A stretch of 64,000 nucleotides of DNA, taken from contig CAVQHD010000001.1 in NCBI GenBank assembly GCA_963712275.1, positions 1,248,001 through 1,312,000 of the forward strand, written 5' to 3'. Positions 1 to 7,573 of the stretch are shown here, piece after piece. Source of the stretch: an uncultured Rhabdochlamydiaceae bacterium. GTDB lineage: Bacteria > Chlamydiota > Chlamydiia > Chlamydiales > Rhabdochlamydiaceae. Within the stretch, counting starts at the first letter, position 1; every line of letters starts with the position of its first letter. Below the pieces are notes generated by a model. It was not told where the DNA came from and ran no database searches. It saw only the letters and a list, made by a program, of their open reading frames with translations. Position numbers and translations under genes: made by a program.

Positions 1-733
1 AGGAAAAGCTTAAAGAGATTCGCCCCTGGAATTTATTATGGAAGGTTCGGTCATATGAGTCGCTGATTTCCAGAGTTAAAATGTCTTTGAAGCTACCAGC
101 GATTCTCGCTTTTCCGCCCCAGGTGGCGGGATCCTTTTTTCCTATAAAATAATAAGGACCCGCTGCTACATAGAAATCGAATGATTCAGGTTTTCCAAAA
201 TGAAAGCCAAATTCAGCATCAGCCCCTTTCATCGCAGATTGATACTTTTGCGACACAAACATGTAATTGCCGGAAAAGGTTCCAAAGGTAGTAGCATAAG
301 GATTGCTGGTCTTTATACCGACAGGTAAATAGCCGTTTATCCGAAAGTCAAATAGCTCTCCGAGAGTTTCAAGACCAGCTCCAATTTGATTCGAATGAAA
401 GCGGCCTGTATTTCTATAGTCGTAGTAAGTGTTTATGCCATAAGCTCGATTTTTCCACAGAGTTCGTAATCCAGCGCCGGCATTTGCTGCCCATTTTCCG
501 TTATTAAAAACGTGGCCTCTGGCATCGAGAAAAGGGGTGATTGTCCATTGGCTTGGATCTGATGCGAGAAATGCTTCAAAGGTCGTATAACCATCTTTAT
601 AGCCAATACCGCCGCTTTCAATATGGCGGATGGTCGTTCGATAATGTTGTTTGCCGTCAGTACAGGTTTTCTTTTCTGCATGAGCAGTCGCAAAACCGCT
701 CAGAATTGCTGCACAAAAAATAAAACGGCCCAT
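1..733 (-). CDS. Inverse autotransporter (invasin/intimin-type) beta-domain protein, runs off the left edge
   Basis: Not in the ORF track; translated by hand: MGRFIFCAAILSGFATAHAE (signal peptide)...HIESGGIGYKDGYTT...PFLDARGHVFNNGKWAANAGAGLR...GINTYYDYR...QIGAGLETLG..FDFRINGYLPVG. The frame is open to position 1. Confidence 0.8.
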   Translation of the reverse strand, partial: MGRFIFCAAILSGFATAHAEKKTCTDGKQHYRTTIRHIESGGIGYKDGYTTFEAFLASDPSQWTITPFLDARGHVFNNGKWAANAGAGLRTLWKNRAYGINTYYDYRNTGRFHSNQIGAGLETLGELFDFRINGYLPVGIKTSNPYATTFGTFSGNYMFVSQKYQSAMKGADAEFGFHFGKPESFDFYVAAGPYYFIGKKDPATWGGKARIAGSFKDILTLEISDSYDRTFHNKFQGRISLSFS

Positions 734-1008
734 ACCTGCCTTTAGAAGCTGTCTACGGATTCAGTTTTATTCGATATAGCATTAAGATCAATTTTTTAAA
801 CCTATAAAAAATCTGCGCTTGTACTAGCCAAAGCCGAAGGAGAGTAATAACGGCAGTGGGTGGATCGGTATTGATGCCATGCTTCCAACCTTATTGCTGA
901 TTGATGCAGTTGGCAAAAATATTGCACCGTGCTTTGTATTTTTAAAGTTCAGGTTTTTCTTGACTTTACTGACTGCTTTCCCTATGATCATTCAGCATAA
1001 AACAGCCA

Positions 1009-1124
1009 TAAGAGGGCGCTCGCAAAACTCGCCAAATTCGATAAGCAGCTCTGCCCAAAAATCATCCTCTACTCAAAAATCATCGAATTTGGCCTTCAAA
1101 GCGAGTTTTGCGAGCTCCCTCTTA
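1009..1124. repeat. Palindromic MITE-like element (family B)
   Basis: 24-bp terminal IR TAAGAGGGCGCTCGCAAAACTCGC / GCGAGTTTTGCGAGCTCCCTCTTA (1 mismatch) plus inner CCAAATTCGAT/ATCGAATTTGG; ends resemble 33042-33221. Confidence 0.75.
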
Positions 1125-1196
1125 GTAAAATTTGTTGCTTCCTTTTTGCTGGCTATTGTGGCTTTGGATGCAAAAAACACATTAACGGAGGACAAT

Positions 1197-2177
1197 ATGG
1201 CAGGCCATGTTAGCAGTGATGTTTGCAATTTAAATCTCATTTATAATGAGAGCTATGAATATTCTTTACCTGAAAAAAATTTAGAGTGTTTTCTATCTGG
1301 AAAAGCATTTGACAATCCTAAAGTTTATACAAGTGAAGAATCTGAAAGGTTACGCCTTGATATTAATGAGATATACCAAACCATTTTGGCAACCAATCCT
1401 GTTAAGGAAAGTTTAGCTATTATCACAGCTGGCGCACCAGGGGCTGGTAAAACCATCAAACTAAAGCAAGATTTAGAGGCTAATGCACATGAAGGCAAAA
1501 ACTATGCCTATGTATGCCCTGACGACGTTTGTTTAAAGAATCAGACAAGAACATATGTTGCAGACATTGCAAGTGGCAATGAATCAATGGCTGCCAGACA
1601 AAATGCATATAATAAATGGCGTCCAGGATCTAATGCTGCAACACACTTAATTTTAGGGAACCTAATTCGAGAAAAATACGCATTTTACTTTGGATCAACC
1701 TCATCAGGTCCCGCAACAGGTAAATTTTTTGAATTCCTCAAAGCCCAGGGATACACAATCAGATTGATCCATATATCAGCTCCAGATGACGTTCGTTGGA
1801 GTTCTATTCAAGAAAGAGATAAAACTTTTGTACAAACAACAGAACAAGATGTAAAAGAAAAAGGGCTGTTATTTCCTCAGAGAATTAACGATACATATTT
1901 AAAATATGCTGACCAAATTGAGTTTTACTATCGTGGTGATGTTAAACAAGATGCAGTATTAGCTGCTCGGTGGCTTAGAAATGAAGATGTTTCCGAATTT
2001 GCTGGAACACTTCAAATTCTTGAGCCTAAACAATATGAACGGATTAAATCAGTTCACGATACTGCTGTAGGGGTTCTTCAGAAGCCCGAGCTTTTTTGGA
2101 AAGATGCCGTTGAATCTAAATCCAAAATTTTACAAACGGCTCTTTATCCGTTGACGGAAGAAAACCAAGTGTTTTAG
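1197..2177 (+). CDS. Zeta-toxin family P-loop kinase-like protein
   Basis: ITAGAPGAGKT Walker A and zeta-like layout; GGAGG RBS before ATG 1197. Confidence 0.7.
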   Translation: MAGHVSSDVCNLNLIYNESYEYSLPEKNLECFLSGKAFDNPKVYTSEESERLRLDINEIYQTILATNPVKESLAIITAGAPGAGKTIKLKQDLEANAHEGKNYAYVCPDDVCLKNQTRTYVADIASGNESMAARQNAYNKWRPGSNAATHLILGNLIREKYAFYFGSTSSGPATGKFFEFLKAQGYTIRLIHISAPDDVRWSSIQERDKTFVQTTEQDVKEKGLLFPQRINDTYLKYADQIEFYYRGDVKQDAVLAARWLRNEDVSEFAGTLQILEPKQYERIKSVHDTAVGVLQKPELFWKDAVESKSKILQTALYPLTEENQVF

Positions 2178-2224
2178 CGCTTGGATGAATTCCGCTACTT
2201 TGTTAAACCATCCTTGTCTTAATA

Positions 2225-2324
2225 GACTAGCTGCTGGAATGGCGGGTAAAAGCCTGTTGGAGCTGCCTTTAAGTTGGGAGCTATGAATTAGGAATCTCGT
2301 GCCCTTTAGGGCCAAGAGGTTCAA
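2225..2324 (+). mobile_element. Orphan IS200/IS605 right end with tnpB reRNA-like sequence
   Basis: GGAATCTCGTGCCCTTTAGGGCCAAGAGGTTCAA has ISDra2-type right-end architecture (GAAT..hairpin..GAGGTTCAA), preceded by GCCTGTTGGAG...ATGAATTAGG. Confidence 0.65.
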
Positions 2325-2535
2325 CAGCATCGTAAGCGTGGATAAATCACTCATTCAGGGTAATAGCACTGCCATTAGAAACTTCAAAAAGTTGTCGTGC
2401 ATCACGATGTATCATAAGAGGTCGAAGACGGACGTGTTTTCCTGTAAGAGCTATTAGAGTAGGCCTTTCTGGCAAAAGGCTTCGCCTGGCGAGTAAGTCA
2501 AGAGGGAGTTGTTGAAGCATGGATATGTTAAGCAT
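2325..2535 (-). pseudogene. Truncated GNAT acetyltransferase (N-terminal fragment)
   Basis: LPERPTLIALTGKHVRLRPL...DARQLFEVSNG, in-frame TGA, then FIHAYDAV, cut by the IS end. Confidence 0.55.
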
Positions 2536-2561
2536 AGGCTTGCATTCACATTTTTTAGCCT

Positions 2562-3278
2562 TTACACAAGGCGGTAGTGAATTAGCGTCATACCCTCTTG
2601 TTTTTCAAGAGGCAAGATGGAAATGTGGCCTACTTCGGCTGTACGGTGAACCTGAGTTCCCCCATCTGCAACACTGCCGACGCCTTCTAGAGTAAGAAGT
2701 CTCAAGGGTTTGTTTTTTGGTAATCCAGGCTGAAGGTAGATCGTTTCATTTTCCAGTTCTTCATAGCTAACAAAACGAAATGAGAAATGAAGATTTTGTT
2801 TAACCAAATCATTGGCTTTGTTTTCAAGGTCTTCTCTAAAATCTTTTTCCACGATCCCTTGATAATAGATGACTGGTTTTTTCCCATGATCACCCTTGAA
2901 TGGCATAAGTGGGTTGGGAGAATAATCTAGGAGGTATAAAGCGAAGTCTACAACATGGCCAGCCGAATGCAAACGCATATGGAGATAACGCCTGTCCCAA
3001 TCAAGTGTGCCTTTCACTAAACTCCCAATAGGTAGAGGTAGGTCGCAATCAACTTGATGGATAATTTTATCCTCTTTTTGCAGGGCTTGACTCACTTTGC
3101 CTTTCCAGTTCTCCGTAAAAAGCAATCCTTGATCAGTTGATTGACCGCCGCCTCTCGGGTAAAAAATTGTCTTATCAAGGACGATGAGCCATCGCTTATC
3201 GCTCTCCTTAGTGGCTTCAACAATCGTGGCTTCCATTTCCTTGAGGTATGCATCATGAAGATAAAGAGGAGTGGTCAT
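2562..3278 (-). CDS. AlaX-type alanyl-tRNA editing protein
   Basis: LDKTIFYPRGGGQ, MRLHSAGH, DGGTQV. Confidence 0.85.
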   Translation of the reverse strand: MTTPLYLHDAYLKEMEATIVEATKESDKRWLIVLDKTIFYPRGGGQSTDQGLLFTENWKGKVSQALQKEDKIIHQVDCDLPLPIGSLVKGTLDWDRRYLHMRLHSAGHVVDFALYLLDYSPNPLMPFKGDHGKKPVIYYQGIVEKDFREDLENKANDLVKQNLHFSFRFVSYEELENETIYLQPGLPKNKPLRLLTLEGVGSVADGGTQVHRTAEVGHISILPLEKQEGMTLIHYRLV

Positions 3279-3290
3279 AGCAATGCCTTT

Positions 3291-4340
3291 TTAAATAGGA
3301 TTACGGGATATTTCAGCGAGGGCTGATTTTATATGTTTTACATCTTGCTCGGTGGTACTCCAGGATGTTATGAATCGAATTTCATTCTTTTCTCGATCCC
3401 ATGGATAGCAAAGAATTTTATCTTGAATAAGGGGTACCCATGAGGTAGGCGCAGTAAAAAAGATCTGGTTTGTTTCGACGGGATAGCTCAGAGAAAGATG
3501 GGGTGTTGCTTTTACTAAAGCGGCGACTTCTTGAGCTTTGTGGTTTGCATGTTTAGCTAGAGTATGCCAAAGCTCATTCTTAAAAAAGGGAATGTATTGC
3601 ACTGAAAGGTAACGCATTTTCGACATAAGTCCCAAGTTTTGTTTGTGCAGATGGTCAGCGCCTTCTTGCAAGGTTGGGTTAAAAATTACCAGTGACTCAG
3701 CACCCATGAGACCATTCTTTGTTCCTCCTAAAGATAAAATATCTAAAGATGCTACTTGAGCGATTTCGCTTAAGCTAGCCTTCAAGGCCACAGCTGCGTT
3801 GTAAAGACGGCTCCCATCCATATGCATGAGAAGATGTTCCTCTTTGCATAGCTTTGATAATCCTTTCAGCTCTTCCAAAGAGTATAGGGTTCCGACTTCT
3901 GTAGGTTGTGTAATGGAAAGTACTCGTGGAGATGTGGAATGTTTTCCAAAAGCTCTTTCCGTTTTAAGCTTTTTGGCGATGCCTTCAGGCGTAATTTTTC
4001 CTTCTTGATGAGGTATGTTTAAAAGCTTGCAGCCCACAATGGATTCGGCCGCCCCACTTTCTTGGTATTGGATATGAGCAATATCAGTGCATATCACGGA
4101 TTCATGTCTTTTACAGGCCAGTTTGAGAGCAAGTATGTTTGTTCCCGTACCATTCGGAAGGATTAATACTTTTGGGGAGGCCTTGAAGGCATGACGAATG
4201 AGTTCTTCAGCTTCAGCAGTCCACGCATCTGACCCATAGGAAGGGGCGTATCCTTTGTTTGCTTCTGAGATCGCTTCCATGACGGCAGGATGAACAGTTG
4301 TAAAGTTGTCACTTGCGAGGCAAATTTTTTCATGTGTCAT
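3291..4340 (-). CDS. Low-specificity L-threonine aldolase family (PLP)
   Basis: ASDN, GTGTN, ITQPTEVGTLYS, HMDGSR, LGGTKNG. Confidence 0.9.
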   Translation of the reverse strand: MTHEKICLASDNFTTVHPAVMEAISEANKGYAPSYGSDAWTAEAEELIRHAFKASPKVLILPNGTGTNILALKLACKRHESVICTDIAHIQYQESGAAESIVGCKLLNIPHQEGKITPEGIAKKLKTERAFGKHSTSPRVLSITQPTEVGTLYSLEELKGLSKLCKEEHLLMHMDGSRLYNAAVALKASLSEIAQVASLDILSLGGTKNGLMGAESLVIFNPTLQEGADHLHKQNLGLMSKMRYLSVQYIPFFKNELWHTLAKHANHKAQEVAALVKATPHLSLSYPVETNQIFFTAPTSWVPLIQDKILCYPWDREKNEIRFITSWSTTEQDVKHIKSALAEISRNPI

Positions 4341-4504
4341 ACTTTAGTCCACCCGGTGAAGCCCTTATAGGAATGTCATAGCATTATGCTCTAAACTAAA
4401 AAAGAGTGCAATCTTGACAAAAATTCTGACATAATGTCCTGCTTGGATTGTAGACAAGAGGAAGTGTCAGCGAGAATTCGCTGAAACAGAACGAGATAAG
4501 AAAA

Positions 4505-4551
4505 TGGGGCAACCTGGGATTGAACCAGGGACCGACGGGTTATGAGTCCGC
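4505..4551 (-). repeat. att site: displaced 3' half of the tRNA-CAT gene
   Basis: 45/47 bp identical to 21553-21599. Confidence 0.92.
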
Positions 4552-4615
4552 AGCACCCACGCCACTTCCCAGCAGCTAACTCCCCGAAATCATAGCGGAA
4601 AGTCAGCCTTTCGAG

Positions 4616-5386
4616 CTACTGCGAATTGTCGTCATTTATCGCACTTTTTTGTACGTCAGTGGTCCACAAATGGTCCACGGAAAAAGAGCTATCAGGATTT
4701 ACAATAGGAGAGAGTTTGGTATAGGGGATGAGCAAGGTTGTTGGGCAGTCGTCATATCCACTCACAACATAGTTCTGAAAAAGAAGGAGAAGGCCTTTTT
4801 TAGTCAGAAGGAAAGCATCTAAATGTTCAGGGTTGCATCCGATCCAAGAGTGCTCATCTTCATCGTAGTACCCGCATCGATTTGATTTGAAATGGTCTTC
4901 GCAACACTGGAAAAGCCATTCTCGATATCCAGGTAGGAAAAGATCATCCAAGGACAGTTCACGAATTGTATCATCTCGCTGGCTGAATGTTTTGGTTATG
5001 TACTGCACAGAACCATGAGCGCCGCCTCGATATTGATATTTGCTGCCATAAAAGCTCATCAAATCGGGAGCAGAATGGACCAAGCTTAAGTCATAGCGCA
5101 ATATTCGTTCATCTCCATCCTCTTCCCAAAGTTCTTCCTGTGGTGCGCTCATCTCTTGTACAAAGACATCGTGCAATTTGTGCGCTTCTTTCCTTACAGC
5201 TTCATTCACATAGCGTGCAAGAGGGGTGGTTTCTGGCACACGCGGATACGACACGCTTGCCTCAACATGGACATTCGTATCAAAAGCCGTTTCGAAAAGT
5301 TCTGATTCGCACTCAATTGGATGAAGGGAATCTCCAGCCCCAAAGGAAAGAAGAATCGTGAAAGCTTGTGCTAAGAAACTGTACAT
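4616..5386 (-). CDS. Exported DUF3298/DUF4163 (RsiV/PdaC-like) protein
   Basis: Signal-like N-terminus; SVSYP, YQYRGGAHGS, ELSLDDLF, FLLTKKGLLLLFQNY, LLIPY. Confidence 0.75.
   Translation of the reverse strand: MYSFLAQAFTILLSFGAGDSLHPIECESELFETAFDTNVHVEASVSYPRVPETTPLARYVNEAVRKEAHKLHDVFVQEMSAPQEELWEEDGDERILRYDLSLVHSAPDLMSFYGSKYQYRGGAHGSVQYITKTFSQRDDTIRELSLDDLFLPGYREWLFQCCEDHFKSNRCGYYDEDEHSWIGCNPEHLDAFLLTKKGLLLLFQNYVVSGYDDCPTTLLIPYTKLSPIVNPDSSFSVDHLWTTDVQKSAINDDNSQ
4658..4681 (+). promoter_or_regulatory. Putative integrase arm-type site
   Basis: AGTGGTCCACAAATGGTCCACGGA, identical at 21450-21473; TGGTCCAC twice at 11-bp period. Confidence 0.7.
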
Positions 5387-5430
5387 GGGAAGAGATAGTA
5401 AGTAAAACGAAGAGCTCTTTCAAGAAAAAC

Positions 5431-6201
5431 TTAAGCAACAGAAGAGGGGACAATGAGTTGTTTGAAAGGAGTGCTATGATATTCGGGGCGTAGATAAACG
5501 CCCGGTTTTGTATGCACTACAATCGCATGTAATCTGCCTGCTTCCGCAAGAGAGATAGCTGATGTTTTAGAGATCCATTGCTTTTCCCAGTCATCGCCTA
5601 CTAAAAACTCAGAGATTACGCGCTTACTATTCACATGAACACTGAGGATTTTTTTCACAAAAATCGACTCTTCACGGCCATCTCGCCATCCCTCGTGTCT
5701 TTTCATGGCATCAAGCAGCTGTTCATATTCTGCCTCGCTGAGGGATCGAATAGTCCTTTTCATGTCGAATTTCGTGAATTTTCGGATGGCATTTCTGTAA
5801 TCGATTACTTCCTTTGTATCAGGATCTTTAAGCTTTACTCCAACATACCTTTTGGGAAGATCTTCCAATGTCAAGTCAATATAAAGATCTCCTTCTTTCA
5901 GACGTTTTGCTTGTGCCTTCCTTCCTGTTTCGTAGTCTGGAAAGACAGCAAATTTTGGATCTGTTGGTTTAGATCCTGGTGGTAGCCCAGCCTCTCCAAT
6001 GGATCCATTTCTTCTTGCGAAAGGACCTATTCTGAGGTTGCCTGGATTGTTGTTTCTCCATGACCTCGTACTGACTTTATCATCTGGCTCATCCGGGTAT
6101 CTTTTCCAATAGCGGATAAGTTTATTGCCGCCCTCGTCATAATAGACGACGGAATTCTTTTCTTCCCCTTCTTCAGCTCTGATAAATTTTTTGAATTTCA
6201 T
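5431..6201 (-). CDS. NNPGN-motif lysozyme-like protein with possible C-terminal DUF3892-like domain
   Basis: RSWRNNNPGNLR...FAVFPDYETG...; C-terminal WISKTSAISLAEAG...YLR. Confidence 0.55.
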   Translation of the reverse strand: MKFKKFIRAEEGEEKNSVVYYDEGGNKLIRYWKRYPDEPDDKVSTRSWRNNNPGNLRIGPFARRNGSIGEAGLPPGSKPTDPKFAVFPDYETGRKAQAKRLKEGDLYIDLTLEDLPKRYVGVKLKDPDTKEVIDYRNAIRKFTKFDMKRTIRSLSEAEYEQLLDAMKRHEGWRDGREESIFVKKILSVHVNSKRVISEFLVGDDWEKQWISKTSAISLAEAGRLHAIVVHTKPGVYLRPEYHSTPFKQLIVPSSVA

Positions 6202-6260
6202 AGATACGATGATACGTCAGTCATTTGTTAGGATCAAATAAAGAAGTTTTTTGAGAGAGG

Positions 6261-6320
6261 AACCCTGAAGAGTTTTACTTCAGGGTTCTTCAGGGTTTGA
6301 TGGGGGGAGATTTCAGGGTT
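6261..6320. repeat. Cluster of TTCAGGGTT repeats
   Basis: Three direct copies plus one inverted copy (AACCCTGAAG) within 60 bp. Confidence 0.7.
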
Positions 6321-6373
6321 GCTTCGGTAAAGTAAATATTTTCCTGCTGTTCATTTTCCACAGCTTAGCGCCC

Positions 6374-7522
6374 CTATGAAAAAACTCGTAAGCGTTCAAT
6401 GAATGACGATTTAGGAGAATGTCTTTCTCTTAAATTCTTAAGCTTTAATTGAAAATCGGAAGTCTCAGTACGAGCAGCTAAATCGCGTAAATCAGTTAGC
6501 AGTTCGACCGCTTTGTCATAACTTTTTGCTTTCTTTTCAGAGGCGAGAGATTCTATCTGTGCCCATAGGGTAGGTTCCTGGCCCCTAATTTCATTTAACC
6601 TTTTCTCTCGAGCTATTTTTTGCAATCTTTGCTTTTCTGCTAATTCTGCGGCTTTTCTCTCAGCTTCAAGGTGTTTTCTATTTTGCCTTACGAGTTCCGC
6701 TTGCTTGAGGAGTTGTTCGACTGTGCGTGGTTTAAGGCTCTCTTTTTTGTTCTCTCGCAGTGATCGCCATAGTTTAGTAAAGCGGCTCACTTGTTGAAGA
6801 GCTGCAGTTTGATCTCTCTGCATGCTGCCTGACAAAACATTGGCTAATAGATCATCCTTTTCGTTTATTGGAAGCGTTGCAATCCAAGTGCGTAGATCTG
6901 CACTACTGGGGGCAATATCTTCTAATGAAGGGCTATTGATAGCTGCTGCATTAATGAGATCGGAATCGATTCGTAAGAAATCGGCAAGATTAGCGAGAGT
7001 AGGGCTTAAATTTTGCAAGCCTGGGGGTACAGGAGGTTCGAGTGCTTCTTCATCATACTCATCGCTTTGTAAACCAGATACCCAACCTAGATACAAACAG
7101 CGTAAATCGCCACGGCCTAAGTCTGTGCGTAAGCTTAAAAAGGGAGCAAGATGTAGATCTTCTTCCCAGTCACCGCCATCTTCGCTTTCAGAGAGAAAAT
7201 CTAATATAACCTTATCGCCGCTAAGACGGGCTGAAAAATTGTCGCCATTGGAGTAATCCTGCGCAGTTTGGAAGTCTAAAAGAACGGAGGGGAGTCGCAG
7301 TTTTAAGATGTGAGTGCCCCAATTGGCGTAATAAAGGAATCCATCGAAATATTTTTCCATCCAACGATCTTCATCTCCCTTGAAACTTCCCCAGGAATAA
7401 TCATTGGTAAAACTATGCGGCGTGATCTCAGCGCGTGTTGAAAAAGAGCGGAGTTCGTTCATTTCTTTATCAAACAACTGCCGATCCACGGCTTGAAATT
7501 CGTAGTACTGGTACTCGCTCAT
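6374..7522 (-). CDS. Conserved hypothetical protein (MSEYQYYEF family)
   Basis: 382-aa ORF downstream of the helicase; coiled-coil C-terminus. Confidence 0.7.
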   Translation of the reverse strand: MSEYQYYEFQAVDRQLFDKEMNELRSFSTRAEITPHSFTNDYSWGSFKGDEDRWMEKYFDGFLYYANWGTHILKLRLPSVLLDFQTAQDYSNGDNFSARLSGDKVILDFLSESEDGGDWEEDLHLAPFLSLRTDLGRGDLRCLYLGWVSGLQSDEYDEEALEPPVPPGLQNLSPTLANLADFLRIDSDLINAAAINSPSLEDIAPSSADLRTWIATLPINEKDDLLANVLSGSMQRDQTAALQQVSRFTKLWRSLRENKKESLKPRTVEQLLKQAELVRQNRKHLEAERKAAELAEKQRLQKIAREKRLNEIRGQEPTLWAQIESLASEKKAKSYDKAVELLTDLRDLAARTETSDFQLKLKNLRERHSPKSSFIERLRVFS

Positions 7523-7573
7523 ATGGACCTCTTCTATTGGGGGAAAATTATAAGGAAAGCTCTTATTTTTGAT

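Noticed and set aside
433..723. Track ORFs 433-693 and 541-723
   Set aside because: They are alternative frames of the inverse autotransporter gene
879..1196. 106-aa N-terminal extension of the zeta-like ORF
   Set aside because: It runs through a palindromic element; a strong RBS precedes ATG 1197
4505..4551. Second tRNA gene
   Set aside because: Only the 3' half is present; there is no D-arm or 5' acceptor strand
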